From Bacillota bacterium (GTDB lineage: Bacteria; Sysuimicrobiota; Sysuimicrobiia; Sysuimicrobiales; Segetimicrobiaceae): a stretch of 46,968 bases of DNA. The notes beneath the pieces are model-generated. The model ran no database searches, was not told the DNA's origin, and was given only the letters and a program-made list of their open reading frames with translations. This document shows, in pieces, positions 1 through 10,394 of the stretch. The stretch spans positions 1 through 46,968 of the forward strand of contig JAJPJL010000085.1 in assembly GCA_021324255.1 (NCBI GenBank), written 5' to 3'. The position numbers and the translations under genes are program-made. The first letter of the stretch is position 1, and every line of letters begins with the position of its first letter.

Positions 1-326
1 ATCGCGACCTGCATGACGAGCGTCTCCAGCCGCGGCGCCTGCACGATGACCAGCGCCAGCGCGATGGCGACGAGGTTGCCCCACAGAAACCCCCGGCCCG
101 CCTCCCCCAGCGTCGCCGCCACGTTGGCCGGATACAGGGGCAGATCGTCCCATGCGCGCGCCGCGATCGCCACAGGGCTCGAGAGCGTGTACCGCGCCCA
201 CGGCAGCACGGTGCCCGCGACCTGCCAGAGCGCCACGAGCACCACCGGACCGAGGATCGCGTCGCCCCACGAGGGCCATGCGGATCCCAGCCTGGTTCCC
301 CGGCGGCGCGCGGCGCGAGCGTCCAC
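1..326 (-). CDS. ABC transporter permease, NitT/TauT (SsuC/TauC-like) family; partial, runs off the window start
   Basis: The minus-strand translation (…WPSWGDAILGPVVLVALWQVAGTVLPWARYTLSSPVAIAARAWDDLPLYPANVAATLGEAGRGFLWGNLVAIALALVIVQAPRLETLVMQVAI) looks like the N-terminus of an SsuC-type permease. A GTG start lies 10 nt downstream of the ATPase stop. It is not in the ORF track because no stop falls inside the window. Confidence 0.6.
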   Translation of the reverse strand, partial: MDARAARRRGTRLGSAWPSWGDAILGPVVLVALWQVAGTVLPWARYTLSSPVAIAARAWDDLPLYPANVAATLGEAGRGFLWGNLVAIALALVIVQAPRLETLVMQVA

Positions 327-336
327 GTGGGGGCGC

Positions 337-1161
337 TCAGCGGCCGGCGGCGTCACCGGCGTCGGCGCCCGCAAACAGCAGCTCGCTGAGCCGGTCGCAC
401 AGCGCGTGAAACGGCGCGGTGCGCACGACGGCCGGCCCGCGCGGGCGGGGCAGGTCGATGGGGACGTCCGCGCGGATCGTCCCGGGATGGGGCGTCATCA
501 CCACCACCCGGTCCGCCAAAAACACGGCCTCCGCGATCGAGTGTGTCACGAGCAGCGTGGTCGGCTCCTGCTCGTGCCAGATGCGGAGGAGCTCGAGGTT
601 CATTCGCTGCCGGGTCATCTCGTCGAGCGCGCCGAACGGCTCGTCCAGCAACAGCACGCGGGGGCGCGTCACGAGCGCGCGGGCGATCGCGACGCGCTGT
701 TTCATCCCGCCGGACAGTTGCGCGGGGCGCGCGGCCTCGAACCCCCGGAGGCCGACGAGGGCGATCAGGTCGCGCACGTCCTGCGGGGAGACGCGGATGC
801 CGGTGACCTCCAGCGGCAAGGTCACGTTGCCGTGGACGGTCCGCCACGGCAGCAATGCGGGATCCTGAAACGCAATCGCGAGCCGGTGTTGCGCGCGCGC
901 GGCGCAGGGCGGCGCGCCTTCGACGAGCGCCCGTCCCTCCGTCGGGACCTCGAGATCGGCCAGGATGCGCAGCGCCGTGGACTTGCCGCACCCCGAGGGG
1001 CCGAGCAGCGCCACGAACGCCCCGGCCGGAACGTGTAGATCCATGCCGGCGATCGCATGGATCTCGCGCCGTCCGAGCCGGTACGTCTTCCGCACGCCGT
1101 CCAGGACCAGCCCGCCGAGCCGGTCCCGCGCGGCCGGCGGGCTCCCATCCGGTCCGGTCAC
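337..1161 (-). CDS. ABC transporter ATP-binding protein, NitT/TauT (SsuB/TauB-like) family
   Basis: Walker [13 protein letters not shown] signature [15 protein letters not shown], Walker [12 protein letters not shown] and an H-loop (THS). 274 aa. Confidence 0.9.
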   Translation of the reverse strand: MTGPDGSPPAARDRLGGLVLDGVRKTYRLGRREIHAIAGMDLHVPAGAFVALLGPSGCGKSTALRILADLEVPTEGRALVEGAPPCAARAQHRLAIAFQDPALLPWRTVHGNVTLPLEVTGIRVSPQDVRDLIALVGLRGFEAARPAQLSGGMKQRVAIARALVTRPRVLLLDEPFGALDEMTRQRMNLELLRIWHEQEPTTLLVTHSIAEAVFLADRVVVMTPHPGTIRADVPIDLPRPRGPAVVRTAPFHALCDRLSELLFAGADAGDAAGR

Positions 1162-1204
1162 ACCCCGTCGCCGGGCGAGGTCGGCGCAGGCGCGGCCCGC
1201 GCGG

Positions 1205-2254
1205 TCACACCCGGTTCCGTCCGCGGTAGATCTCTTGTAAGACGTCGTTCGTGAACAGCTCGGGGCCCACCGCGATGCCGGTTTGCTTGAACAAGGAGAC
1301 GTTGGCCGCGATCTCGCCCTCGCCCATCCAGAGCAGCCCGTGCTGCCTCGTGACCGGGGTCTGCATGAGCCGCTCGATCGTGACCTTGTTCCCCAGGTAC
1401 TGCGACATGTAGCTCAGCCCCAGGGCCTTGCCGTACTTCTCCACGGTCAGCTTCGCGCCCAGCGACGGGTTGGCGACGTTCGCCTCCCACCCCCGGATCT
1501 CGGCGCGCATGAACCGCACGACCTCATCGCGCCGGGCCTTGAGCGTATCCTCGAGCACGTAGTAGCATCCCGAATACGACGAGTAACCGTAGTCCGCGAG
1601 CAGGAAAAACTCCACGGGTACCCCCTGCACCTGCAGCTCCACGGGTTGCTCCGTCGCGAACGACAGAAACGCATCGACCTGACCGGTGACGAGCGGCGCG
1701 GGGTCAAACTGCACCGGCACGCGCGTGATCTTGGATGCGTCGAGATGGTTGAGCGCGAGCCACGTCGTCCATGGAATGCTGTCGGCCGCCGCCACCCCCA
1801 CCCGCTTGCCCAGTAGGTCCTGCGGGGTGCGGATCGGGCTCTTCTTCAAGGAGAGCACGGCGAGCGGGCTCTTTTGGTACAGCACGCCGATCACCTTGAG
1901 CGGCGCGCCTTGCTGCCGGGCCTTGGCCAGGATCTGCGCGCCCGTCCCGCAGCCAAACATCGCCCTGCCGGAGACGATCGCGGTGACCACGTCGATGCCG
2001 GGGCCGCCGGACAGCATGTCGACGTCCAACCCCTCGGCCTTGTAGTAGCCGCGATCGTCCGCGATGAAGCTGCCGGCGAACTCCACCGTCTTGACCCAGC
2101 CAAATTGCACCGCCGCTCGGGTCTGGGCTTGCGCGCGGCCCCGGGCACCAGGCCATGCGGCGGCCGCGAGCGCCGCGCCCGCGGCCCCGCCGATCCCCCG
2201 GCGCAAGAATGCCCGGCGGTCCATCATCTTCCCGCGCGCCCAGCGCTCGATCAT
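1205..2254 (-). CDS. ABC transporter substrate-binding protein, NitT/TauT (SsuA/ThiY-like) family, with a TAT signal peptide
   Basis: Twin-arginine motif [23 protein letters not shown] followed by an SsuA/NMT1-like periplasmic domain. A GGGGGG Shine-Dalgarno sits about 7 nt before the ATG at 2254; an alternative ATG is at 2227. Confidence 0.85.
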   Translation of the reverse strand: MIERWARGKMMDRRAFLRRGIGGAAGAALAAAAWPGARGRAQAQTRAAVQFGWVKTVEFAGSFIADDRGYYKAEGLDVDMLSGGPGIDVVTAIVSGRAMFGCGTGAQILAKARQQGAPLKVIGVLYQKSPLAVLSLKKSPIRTPQDLLGKRVGVAAADSIPWTTWLALNHLDASKITRVPVQFDPAPLVTGQVDAFLSFATEQPVELQVQGVPVEFFLLADYGYSSYSGCYYVLEDTLKARRDEVVRFMRAEIRGWEANVANPSLGAKLTVEKYGKALGLSYMSQYLGNKVTIERLMQTPVTRQHGLLWMGEGEIAANVSLFKQTGIAVGPELFTNDVLQEIYRGRNRV

Positions 2255-2435
2255 GCTGACCCCCCTGGGTGATGTGGCTCGCGCACGCTACGCTCCATAC
2301 TACGGTACGGCACGGGGGGCACGTTCCCTCTCCCTCCGGCGGGTTGGGCGGATGCGGCGGGCGTCGCCATTGACACCCGTACACGCGGCTGCTACATGTG
2401 TCCTATGCACGCGCCGCTCGGGATGGACTGACCTC

Positions 2436-3083
2436 ATGCCTCTCATCACCGGCGTGATGGAAGACTATCTCAAGGCCATCTACAAGCTACAACGGGGACA
2501 CGGCTCCGTGGCGACCGTGGAGCTGTCGAAGGAGCTCCGCGTGGCCGCCGCCACGACCACGGCCATGGTGCAGCGGCTGGCGAAGCTCAAGCTGGTGTCC
2601 TATCACCGCTACCGCGGCCTCACCCTGACCTCCGCGGGCGAACGGATCGCGCTCGAGACGATCCGGCATCATCGTCTGATCGAACTGTACCTGGCGCAGC
2701 ACTTGGGGGTCGACCTCGACAAGGTGCACGGCGAAGCCGAGAAGATGGAGCACGTCCTCTCACACGACGTGGAGGCGCGTATCGCCGCGGCCCTCGGGAA
2801 TCCCACGACGGACCCCCATGGAGACCCGATCCCCTCCACGACGGGAACGATGCGCGATATCCGCTATCCCGCCCTGACGGCGTTCGGAGCCGGCATGACG
2901 GGCGTGGTGGCGCGTGTCAGCGACCGCGACCCGGCCACCTTGCGCCGCCTCGCCGGCCTGGGAATCCTCCCGGGCGTCAAGGTAAAGATCCTGGCGCAGC
3001 GTCCGAGCGGATGCCGCGTCGAAATCGATGGACACCGGGTGACGGTGCCGCGGGCGCTCTGCGGCGACGTGTACATCCAGTAG
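2436..3083 (+). CDS. DtxR/IdeR/MntR-family metal-dependent transcriptional regulator with a C-terminal FeoA/SH3-like domain
   Basis: MPLITGVMEDYLKAIYKLQRGHGSVATVELSKELRVAAATTTAMVQRLAKLKLV… shows the DtxR winged HTH and metal-site helices. The ORF track's longer 2064 start adds 124 residues of low-complexity non-homologous sequence. The ATG at 2436 begins exactly at the conserved N-terminus. Confidence 0.85.
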   Translation: MPLITGVMEDYLKAIYKLQRGHGSVATVELSKELRVAAATTTAMVQRLAKLKLVSYHRYRGLTLTSAGERIALETIRHHRLIELYLAQHLGVDLDKVHGEAEKMEHVLSHDVEARIAAALGNPTTDPHGDPIPSTTGTMRDIRYPALTAFGAGMTGVVARVSDRDPATLRRLAGLGILPGVKVKILAQRPSGCRVEIDGHRVTVPRALCGDVYIQ

Positions 3084-3211
3084 GCATACGCCGGGCCGCA
3101 TCTGATGCATATCGGGTGAGCGTGGGTACACTCATGGTATACTCCTTCGTGTGCCACAGGGACCTCACCCGTCCAACCTCGCCGACGCCGCCGTACAAGC
3201 TGGGGGGGTAG

Positions 3212-4219
3212 ATGCGCGCCCGTAGCATCGCAACTACGATCCGCAGGATCGCCCTGGGAGGCTGTGCGCTGGCACTGGCGCTGGCCGTTGCCTCGCCGCC
3301 GTCCGGACCACAGGCTCGCCGGACACCGCACGCCGCGAACCACGTCGCCGTGGTCGTGCCGCGCGGCGACGCCCGGTTCCTGATCGTGGGCCTGACCCAG
3401 GACCGCCAGCGGACCGATACGGTCGAGGTCGTGCAGTGGGACGACGCGCACCATCGGGTCAGGATTCTCGGCATCCCGCGGGACATCCCGATCGCCCTTC
3501 CCGGCGACCCCGTCACCAAGCTCGATCATGCGTACGCGACGGGCGGGATCGGGCGGGCACGCGCCGCGGTCGTGCGGCTGCTCAATGTGCCGATCGCCCA
3601 TTACGTCGTGTTCAGCCTGCCGGCCATGCGTGAGATCGTCGATTTGATCGGCGGGGTCCCCATCGACGTGGAAAAACGCATGGTGTACACGGACCACGAG
3701 CAGGGCCTCTACATCAACCTGTATCCGGGGCCGCAGGTGCTCGACGGCGCCCATGCCGAGCAATACCTGCGGTTCCGCCACGATCCGGAAGGCGACATCG
3801 GTCGCATTCGGCGGCAGCAGCACTTCGTCCGCGCCGCGCTCGCTCAGGTGCACAAGCCCGGCGTGATCGTGCGGATCCCCCAGATCGTGGAGACGGCGCA
3901 CGGCGATGTGCTGACCGACCTCACGTCGTCCGAGATCCTCGGGTGGATGCAGCGCGTCGAACCGCTCACGCCGGACGAGGTCACGGCCGCGTCGATCGAG
4001 GGCCGGCCGGCGGTCCTCTACGATAGCCTTGCCCGCATGCGTCTGGACTTCTGGGTACCCGACCCGCGCGATCTGCGTGCGAAGACGCGGTGGTTGATCA
4101 GCGGCGTGCCGCCGGCCGCGGACACCGGCTCCGCGACGCATCCGCCGCTGCCCGCGAAACAGCCGGTTCGCCGCGCGAGCGGCAAGAAGACCACCCCCGG
4201 ATCCCGGACCGACCCGTAG
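3212..4219 (+). CDS. LytR-CpsA-Psr (LCP) family cell-envelope phosphotransferase
   Basis: N-terminal signal/TM (IALGGCALALALAVAS). LCP core: DTVEVVQWD, NVPIAHYVVFSLPAMREIVDLIGGVPIDV, GAHAEQYLRFRHDPEGDIGRIRRQQHF. A GGGGGGT Shine-Dalgarno precedes the ATG. Confidence 0.85.
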   Translation: MRARSIATTIRRIALGGCALALALAVASPPSGPQARRTPHAANHVAVVVPRGDARFLIVGLTQDRQRTDTVEVVQWDDAHHRVRILGIPRDIPIALPGDPVTKLDHAYATGGIGRARAAVVRLLNVPIAHYVVFSLPAMREIVDLIGGVPIDVEKRMVYTDHEQGLYINLYPGPQVLDGAHAEQYLRFRHDPEGDIGRIRRQQHFVRAALAQVHKPGVIVRIPQIVETAHGDVLTDLTSSEILGWMQRVEPLTPDEVTAASIEGRPAVLYDSLARMRLDFWVPDPRDLRAKTRWLISGVPPAADTGSATHPPLPAKQPVRRASGKKTTPGSRTDP

Positions 4220-4294
4220 GGCGCGGCCGGCTCCCCCGGCCGTCCCGGCCGTTCAGGCGTCACGCGCATCCAGTAGCGGCAGCCCGAGGCGGCG

Positions 4295-5182
4295 CTAGGT
4301 GCCGAACCGCCGATCCCGTTGCTGGTAACTCCGGAGCGCTCGAAGGAAGTCGACCTTGCGGAACGCCGGCCACGGCACGTCGCAGAAGTAGTACTCGCTG
4401 TACACGCTCTGCCACAGCAGGAACCCGCTGAGCCGAATCTCGCCGCTCGTCCGGATGATGAGATCGGGATCGTGGCTGCCGTTGGCGTAGACGCGGGTTC
4501 CGATCTCCTCCGGCGTGATGTACGCCTCGAGCTCGTCGGCCGTCATCCCGGAGCGGTAACGCGCCCGCACCAGGGCCCGGACGGCATCCGCGATCTCCTG
4601 GCGTCCGCTGTACCCGACGGCGATGTTGAGCCAGCACCGCGCGTGGTCGGCCGTGGCGCGCTCCGCGTCCGCGATGGCCTGCCGGAGCGACGCCGGGAGC
4701 ACGTTCAGCCGGCCGACGGCGCGCAGTTGTCGCTGCCGCCCCGCCGTCTCGGGGTGCCGCGCCAGCTCCCGGATCTTCTCCTCGATGACGGCGAGCAGCG
4801 CCCGCACCTCGTCCTCGGGACGCTCCAGATTGTCGATGGACAGGACCCAGATGGTGACCTCCGGGATGCCCAGCTCGTCGCACCACTTCAGCACATCGTC
4901 GACCTTATCCGCGCCCAGGCGGTACGCATCCGCGCCGCTCAACCCCGCTGCTTGCGCGTAGCGGCGATTGCCGTCCAGGATGAGCCCGATGTGCCGGGGA
5001 AGCCCGCCGTGGCGGAGTGATTTGAGCAGGCGGTGTTCGTAGAGGCGGTACAGGACGCCGAGGAGCGGCTGGTTCAGCTTCGATCCCCCCGCTGGGTGCC
5101 GACGTGCATCGCCTCTTACACCGGTCCGGCGTCCGAATCCTCTCGGGCGCCCGGCCGCCGACCGCCCACCGGACGCGGGCAC
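4295..5182 (-). CDS. Isoprenyl transferase (cis-prenyltransferase, UPP-synthase family); the N-terminus resembles actinobacterial Z-FPP/decaprenyl-diphosphate synthases
   Basis: LYRLYEHRLLKSLRHGGLPRHIGLILDGNRRYA is the HxAxxMDGNxRWA active-site region. The rest of the cis-IPPS fold is present (…SIDNLERP…, …RLSGFLLWQSVYSEYYF…). GTG start with an N-terminal extension typical of actinobacterial homologs. Confidence 0.85.
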   Translation of the reverse strand: MPASGGRSAAGRPRGFGRRTGVRGDARRHPAGGSKLNQPLLGVLYRLYEHRLLKSLRHGGLPRHIGLILDGNRRYAQAAGLSGADAYRLGADKVDDVLKWCDELGIPEVTIWVLSIDNLERPEDEVRALLAVIEEKIRELARHPETAGRQRQLRAVGRLNVLPASLRQAIADAERATADHARCWLNIAVGYSGRQEIADAVRALVRARYRSGMTADELEAYITPEEIGTRVYANGSHDPDLIIRTSGEIRLSGFLLWQSVYSEYYFCDVPWPAFRKVDFLRALRSYQQRDRRFGT

Positions 5183-5260
5183 GGCCGCCTCCGTCCCAGG
5201 CGGAACGTCGTCCCGCGGCGAATAGCGCGCTGCTCATCCCGTATCGGCGGTGCCGGGACC

Positions 5261-6064
5261 GTGCGACTCCATCGACATATCGGTGTCCAGATCGTGCTCG
5301 CGTTGGCGGCGCTGGCCGCGGCGCCGGGAGCGGCCTGGGATCAGCCGGCCGGCGAGAACCCCGCCGTGTTCTTCGTGGCGGCGGTTGACAGCGACGGCAC
5401 GCGCCCGCTGCAAACCGGCACGGGATTCTTTATCGATCCCGGCGGGACGGCTCTGACGGCGAGTCACGTCGCGTCGGTCGTCACACGCGATCGGGCCAAG
5501 CGGCTCATTGCCGTGGTAAATCGCGAGGCCTACGCGGCCGACGTCGTGTGCGCCTCGCGGCTGCCCTATGATCCCACGTCGTCTGTCCCGGGCCTCTACA
5601 GTTTTCACGCGTGGAGCCGCGACGTGGCGGCGATCAAGCTTCGCCCGGGCACCGATCTCTCGCTGCCGAATGGTGCGCTGTCATGGGAGACACGCGACGG
5701 CCGGCAAGTCCGCGCGCCGGCGCATACAGGAGCGCTGCCGGCCTTTCCGGCCCTCCCCCTGGGCAAGGGGATGAGACCCGGCGACGCCGTCACCGTCGTC
5801 GGGTACGGCGCTGCGAGTCCGGCCATGACCCAGGAACGCATCGCGGGCACCGTCCGAGAGATCGAGCGGGCCCGGGATGGCACGCGGGTGGGGGTGCTCG
5901 CGTTCCCTGAGCGGTCGGCGCCGGGCGCGGGGTTCAGCGGCGCGCCGGCAATCAATGGTGCCGGGCAAGTCGTTGGACTCTTGGCGTGGACCGATGCGGA
6001 CACCCCTGACCGCGGCTACGCCGAGACCAGCGATTCCCTGACGCCGCCCTGCGGAACGTCGTAG
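5261..6064 (+). CDS. Secreted trypsin-like (S1 family) serine peptidase
   Basis: GTG start giving a signal peptide (M)RLHRHIGVQIVLALAALAAAPGAA/WDQ. His motif GTGFFIDPGGTALTASHV and Ser motif GAGFSGAPAINGAGQVVGLLAW. The track's longer 5033 start adds non-homologous sequence. Confidence 0.75.
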   Translation: MRLHRHIGVQIVLALAALAAAPGAAWDQPAGENPAVFFVAAVDSDGTRPLQTGTGFFIDPGGTALTASHVASVVTRDRAKRLIAVVNREAYAADVVCASRLPYDPTSSVPGLYSFHAWSRDVAAIKLRPGTDLSLPNGALSWETRDGRQVRAPAHTGALPAFPALPLGKGMRPGDAVTVVGYGAASPAMTQERIAGTVREIERARDGTRVGVLAFPERSAPGAGFSGAPAINGAGQVVGLLAWTDADTPDRGYAETSDSLTPPCGTS

Positions 6065-6111
6065 TCCGCCCCGCGCGCCCGGGCGACGCGGCGGCGATCG
6101 CACACATCTAT

Positions 6112-6498
6112 TTGGCCTCTCGCCGCGACGCGCTCCCGTACATCCGCAACGCACACACGGACGAGAAGATACGGACGTGGGTTCCGTCGGTGCTCCTGAC
6201 GCAGACTCAGGTCTGGATCGCCGAGCTCCGCGGCGCGGTGGTCGGGTTTTTCGCGCTGCACGGTGATCAACTCGATCATGTGTATCTCCAACCGGGATAC
6301 TACGGGCGCGGCATCGGCAGCCTGCTTCTCCATAAGGCCAAGGACCTCAGCCCGCAGCGCCTGACGCTGTGGACCTTCCAGCGGAACGAACGCGCGCGGG
6401 CATTCTACGAAGCGCACGGATTCGTTCCGGTGAGATTCACCGACGGGTCGGACAACGAGGAGCGCGAGCCCGACGTGCTCTACGAATGGAATCGTTGA
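6112..6498 (+). CDS. GNAT family N-acetyltransferase
   Basis: GNAT motifs: ELRGAVVGFFALHGDQLDHVYLQPGYYGRGIGSLLL, AFYEAHGF. Homology (IRPARPGDAAAIAHIYLAS…) continues about 16 codons upstream of the TTG at 6112, with no in-frame ATG/GTG/TTG, so the true start is uncertain. Confidence 0.8.
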   Translation: MASRRDALPYIRNAHTDEKIRTWVPSVLLTQTQVWIAELRGAVVGFFALHGDQLDHVYLQPGYYGRGIGSLLLHKAKDLSPQRLTLWTFQRNERARAFYEAHGFVPVRFTDGSDNEEREPDVLYEWNR

Positions 6499-6521
6499 AC
6501 AGCTGCGCGCGCCTCGCGTAC

Positions 6522-6550
6522 TTGACAATGACCCGGCCGTCTTGTACATT
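6522..6550 (+). promoter_or_regulatory. Candidate sigma-70-type promoter (TTGACA, 17 nt spacer, TACATT) upstream of the sirC-cobA-cysJI operon
   Basis: Near-consensus -35 TTGACA at 6522-6527 and -10 TACATT at 6545-6550 with a 17-nt spacer, in an otherwise GC-rich region directly after the GNAT stop. This would give a ~300-nt leader. Confidence 0.35.
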
Positions 6551-6721
6551 GCCGCACAGAATGAATCACCCGGCGTTCCTCGCGCAATGCATGTGTACCC
6601 GGCGGAGGCAGCCTGCCTGCGTCCGGGTCGTCCTCGCGTAGCAGACTTCCTCCGCCGCCTTTACCGTCCCGGCTAGCCATACGGCGCCAGGCGATTTGCC
6701 GCCTGCGCACGGGAGGATCCC

Positions 6722-6856
6722 ATGGATTTGCCACGACCGGAGGCGGCGCGTGCGTTCGCGCTGAGCTTCCATCCGCCCCGCGTCATTCGACCGCCGCTGT
6801 GCCCGGGCCGCGATCGCCGTGAGCGCGCCGGACCCGCGGGGAGCGACCGCCCGTGA
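6722..6856 (+). CDS. Possible small upstream ORF (44 aa) translationally coupled to sirC
   Basis: ATG at 6722 preceded by GGGAGGAT at 5-nt spacing. The stop TGA overlaps the sirC GTG start (GTGA). The product is low-complexity (MDLPRPEAARAFALSFHPPRVIRPPLCPGRDRRERAGPAGSDRP), so this is speculative. Confidence 0.2.
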   Translation: MDLPRPEAARAFALSFHPPRVIRPPLCPGRDRRERAGPAGSDRP

Positions 6857-7494
6857 GCCGTTACTATCCGGTCTCGCTTGACCTCGCCGGCCGGCGCTGT
6901 GTCGTGTTGGGCGGCGGATCGGTTGCCCAACAAAAAGTCCTCGGGTTGCTGGACGCAGGAGCACGCGTCGTGGTGATCGCCGAGTCGGTCACGCCCGGGC
7001 TGGATGCCCTCGCGTCGCACGGACGCGTCGAGATCACGAGACGCGCGTACCGGCGAGGTGATCTCACGGGAGCGTTCCTGGCGATCGCCGCGGGCGATCG
7101 TGGGATGCACCCGGCCGTGTGGGATGAAGCCGCCGGCGGACGCATCCTCCTCAATGCCGTGGACGACGCCCCGTACTGCCATTTCATCGCACCGGCCATC
7201 CATCGCCAGGGCGAGCTCGTCATTGCCGTCTCCACGGCGGGTAAAAGCCCGGCGCTCGCCGTCCGCCTGCGAAACCGCATCGCCAAGCTCGTCGGCCCGG
7301 AGTACGGGGTCCTCCTCGAGATCCTGGGCGAGTTGCGGCCCGCGGTGGCGGCACGAGAACCTGACCCCGCTCGCCGCGCGGCGTTGTGGTACCGCCTCGT
7401 GGATTCGGATGTGCTCGACCATGTGCGGCGCGGTGATGCGGCGGGCGCCCGCGAGCGTCTCGCATCGTTGGTTCGTGCCGGAGCCGGCCGGTAA
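6853..7494 (+). CDS. Precorrin-2 dehydrogenase / sirohydrochlorin ferrochelatase (SirC / CysG N-terminal domain-like)
   Basis: Rossmann motif LDLAGRRCVVLGGGSVAQQKVLGLLDAGARVVVIA. The CysG-N-like remainder is present (…ILLNAVDDAPYCHFIAPAI…AVSTAGKSPALA…). Stop/start overlap (TAATG) with cobA. Confidence 0.85.
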   Translation: MSRYYPVSLDLAGRRCVVLGGGSVAQQKVLGLLDAGARVVVIAESVTPGLDALASHGRVEITRRAYRRGDLTGAFLAIAAGDRGMHPAVWDEAAGGRILLNAVDDAPYCHFIAPAIHRQGELVIAVSTAGKSPALAVRLRNRIAKLVGPEYGVLLEILGELRPAVAAREPDPARRAALWYRLVDSDVLDHVRRGDAAGARERLASLVRAGAGR

Positions 7495-8489
7495 TGCACG
7501 TCACGGGCGGCGCGGGCTCGGGCACGACCGCCGCAGTTCCCACAGCACGGTGCGACGCGCGTGTCTCCGGAGCGGGACGCACGATCGGCGCGGTGCGGCC
7601 CGGGGCCGTCTACCTCGTCGGCGCCGGCCCGGGCGATCCCAAATTGATCACCGTGCGCGGGCTCGAGGTCCTGCGCGCCTCTGACGTCGTCGTCTACGAT
7701 CGGCTCGCCCACCCCGCGCTTCTTCAGGAAGCGCCGCACGCGGCGGAACGCATCTACGCGGGGAAGCGGCCGGGACACCACACGCTCCGGCAGGAGCAGA
7801 TCAACACCTTGTTGATCGACCGCGCCCGCGGGGGGGCGACCGTCGTGCGGCTCAAAGGGGGAGACCCCTTCGTATTTGGTCGCGGCGGCGAAGAGTGCGA
7901 AGCCTTGCGCTCGGCCGGTGTCCCGTTTGAGGTGGTCCCGGGCGTGACCGCGGCGATCGCGGTCCCGGCGTACGCGGGCATCCCCGTGACCCACCGGCGC
8001 CACGGCTCCGCCTTTGCGGTCGTGACGGGCCACGTGGGCGGCAACCGGCGGGGTCCCGACTGGAGCGCGCTCGCGAGGATGCCCGTGCTGGTGGTGCTGA
8101 TGGGTCTGCGGGCGCTTCCCGAGACGTGCCGGCGCCTGATCGCTCACGGACGCGACGCCCGCACACCGGCGGCGGTTGTGAGCCTCGGAACGACCGCGCG
8201 GCAGATCACCGTCACCGGCACGCTGGGGACGATTGCGCAGCGCGCGCGCGCGGTGGCGCTGCCGGCGCCCACCGTGTGCATCGTCGGGGACGTGGCGCGC
8301 CTGGGGCAGACACTGCGTTGGTTCGCGCCCGAGCGTCACGTACCCGAGGGCTCCCCGGGCCCGAGCCCGATCTGGGGCGCCCCACGGCCGCCCGCGCGGC
8401 TCGATGCCCGATCAGACATCCGGACCCGTACGCGAACTCCGGCGTCCGCCCCGGCCGCATGCGCCGCGCGATGGCCTGACAAGGTATGA
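7494..8489 (+). CDS. cobA: Uroporphyrinogen-III C-methyltransferase (SUMT)
   Basis: [46 protein letters not shown] and [18 protein letters not shown] are the tetrapyrrole methylase signatures. Low-complexity N- and C-terminal extensions are present. Confidence 0.85.
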   Translation: MHVTGGAGSGTTAAVPTARCDARVSGAGRTIGAVRPGAVYLVGAGPGDPKLITVRGLEVLRASDVVVYDRLAHPALLQEAPHAAERIYAGKRPGHHTLRQEQINTLLIDRARGGATVVRLKGGDPFVFGRGGEECEALRSAGVPFEVVPGVTAAIAVPAYAGIPVTHRRHGSAFAVVTGHVGGNRRGPDWSALARMPVLVVLMGLRALPETCRRLIAHGRDARTPAAVVSLGTTARQITVTGTLGTIAQRARAVALPAPTVCIVGDVARLGQTLRWFAPERHVPEGSPGPSPIWGAPRPPARLDARSDIRTRTRTPASAPAACAARWPDKV

Positions 8490-10381
8490 CACGAAGCGAC
8501 ACCCCGCATGAATCGCCTGCGCGCCGGCCCGGTCCGGCACCCGGCGGGCCCGCCGGGTTGCGGGTCCCGCTCACCGCCGGTCACGCCGGGCAACTCGAGG
8601 CACTCCTTGCAACGCTGTCGCGAGAGGAAGCGCTGTGGATCAGCGGGTACCTGGCCAGGGTTGCGCTGCAGGAATGCGCCGGCGTCCCCGCGGCGCCGTC
8701 CACCGCGCCGCCCGCCACCGAACCAATCACGATCCTCTACGGCTCGGAGACCGGTCATGCCGCAACGGTGGCGAAGCGCTTGGGCGAATTCGCCTCCGCT
8801 CGAGGCCTCCCAGCGCGCGTCGTCGATATGGCGGCGTTTCGCCCCCAGGAACTGACGAACGTCACGCACCTCGTCGTGGTGACGGCCACCCACGGCGACG
8901 GCGCGCCCCCCGACCCGGCGGCCGGCTTCTATGAATTCCTCCACAGCCGAAAAGCGCCGCGGCTCGAGCACACGACGTTCGCCGTGCTGGGTCTTGGCGA
9001 CTCCAGCTACGAACGCTTCTGCCAGACGGCCAAGGACTTCGATCGCCGGCTGGAGGAACTGGGCGCCCGGCGGCTGCTCGACCGCGTCGACTGCGATACC
9101 GACTACGAGGAACCCGCCGGCGCCTGGATCGAGGCCGTTCTCGCGCGCCTGACGTCGAACGGCGACGCCTCGCCAAGCGGGACGCGCAACGGGTCGAGCG
9201 CACGCGCCGTGCTCCGCACGGCGTCCCCGGACGGCGCGGCGCCGGAAGCCACCGCGCCGTCGTACGACCGCCGGAGGCCATTCCCTGCCGAGATCGTCGA
9301 CAGCCTCGTGTTGAACGGCCGCGGTTCGGATAAGGAGACGCGCCACCTCGAACTCTCCCTCCGCGGCTCCGGGTTGACGTATGAGCCTGGCGACTCGCTC
9401 GGCGTGGTTGCGGAGAACGACCCCGCGCTCGTCAGCGAGCTGATCGAGACGCTCGCGCTGGACCCGGACGAACCGGTCGCGGGCGTTGCGGGCGAGACGA
9501 CGCTAGCGCGGGCGCTGACGACGGATTACGAGATCACCACCCTGACGCCGCGCTTCATCGCGCGCTACGGGGACGCCGCTCAGGCGGAAACGCTCCGCAC
9601 GTTGACCCGCCCGGACGAGCAGAGCCGTCTCAGCGCTTACCTGGCCGGACGGCGGATCATCGATGTCGTCACCGCGTTCCCGGTGAGAGGGCTCCCGGGC
9701 GCGGCGTTCGTCGGCATGCTCCGGAGGCTCGAGCCCCGGCTCTACTCGATCGCGTCGAGCCTGACGGTGTATCCCGAGGAAGCGCACCTCACCGTCGGCG
9801 TCGTGCGCTACCGGGCACACGGGCGGCGGCACACGGGAGTGGCGTCCGGCTATCTCGCGGACCGGCGCGCCGTCGGCGACGCCGTCTCCGTATACGTCGA
9901 GCGAACCGAACACTTTCGGCTGCCCCGGGATCCCGCAGCGCCCATCATCATGATCGGCGCCGGCACCGGTGTGGCGCCGTTCCGCGCGTTCGTCCAGGAA
10001 CGGCAGGCCATCGGGGCAACGGGCCGCAGCTGGCTGCTGTTCGGCGATCGTCGCTTCCGCATCGACTTCCTCTATCAGGTCGAGTGGCAGCGCGCGCTCC
10101 GCGAGGGCCCACTCAGCCGCATGGATGTGGCGTTTTCGCGCGACCAGCCGGAGAAGGTGTACGTGCACCATCGCCTGTTGGAGGCGGCGCGCGACATCTA
10201 CGCGTGGATCCAGGACGGCGCCTACCTCTACGTGTGCGGGAGCGCAGACCGCCTGGCGCCGTCGGTTCACGAGACGCTGATCACGATCGTGGAGCAGCAG
10301 GGACACGTGGACCGTGGGCGCGCCGAGGAGTACGTCAAGAACCTGCAGCGGGAACGGCGCTACCAACGGGACGTCTACTGA
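8486..10381 (+). CDS. cysJ: Sulfite reductase [NADPH] flavoprotein alpha subunit
   Basis: Flavodoxin-like domain ([19 protein letters not shown]…, [18 protein letters not shown]), FAD-binding (RLYSIASS) and NADPH-binding ([22 protein letters not shown]) ferredoxin-reductase domains. 631 aa. ATGA overlap with cobA. Confidence 0.85.
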   Translation: MTRSDTPHESPARRPGPAPGGPAGLRVPLTAGHAGQLEALLATLSREEALWISGYLARVALQECAGVPAAPSTAPPATEPITILYGSETGHAATVAKRLGEFASARGLPARVVDMAAFRPQELTNVTHLVVVTATHGDGAPPDPAAGFYEFLHSRKAPRLEHTTFAVLGLGDSSYERFCQTAKDFDRRLEELGARRLLDRVDCDTDYEEPAGAWIEAVLARLTSNGDASPSGTRNGSSARAVLRTASPDGAAPEATAPSYDRRRPFPAEIVDSLVLNGRGSDKETRHLELSLRGSGLTYEPGDSLGVVAENDPALVSELIETLALDPDEPVAGVAGETTLARALTTDYEITTLTPRFIARYGDAAQAETLRTLTRPDEQSRLSAYLAGRRIIDVVTAFPVRGLPGAAFVGMLRRLEPRLYSIASSLTVYPEEAHLTVGVVRYRAHGRRHTGVASGYLADRRAVGDAVSVYVERTEHFRLPRDPAAPIIMIGAGTGVAPFRAFVQERQAIGATGRSWLLFGDRRFRIDFLYQVEWQRALREGPLSRMDVAFSRDQPEKVYVHHRLLEAARDIYAWIQDGAYLYVCGSADRLAPSVHETLITIVEQQGHVDRGRAEEYVKNLQRERRYQRDVY

Positions 10382-10394
10382 ACGGAGCGCGACG

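Noticed and set aside
13-1038. 341-aa + ORF at the window start (and 353-991 minus)
   Set aside because: These overlap the ABC ATPase gene in other frames or on the other strand. Only the 337-1161 minus frame carries Walker A/B and the ABC signature.
2864-4141. 425-aa minus-strand ORF
   Set aside because: Antisense of the LCP gene (3212-4219), which has clear LCP motifs. No homology was recognised on the minus frame.
6864-8339. 491-aa minus-strand ORF
   Set aside because: Antisense of sirC/cobA. It is low-complexity.
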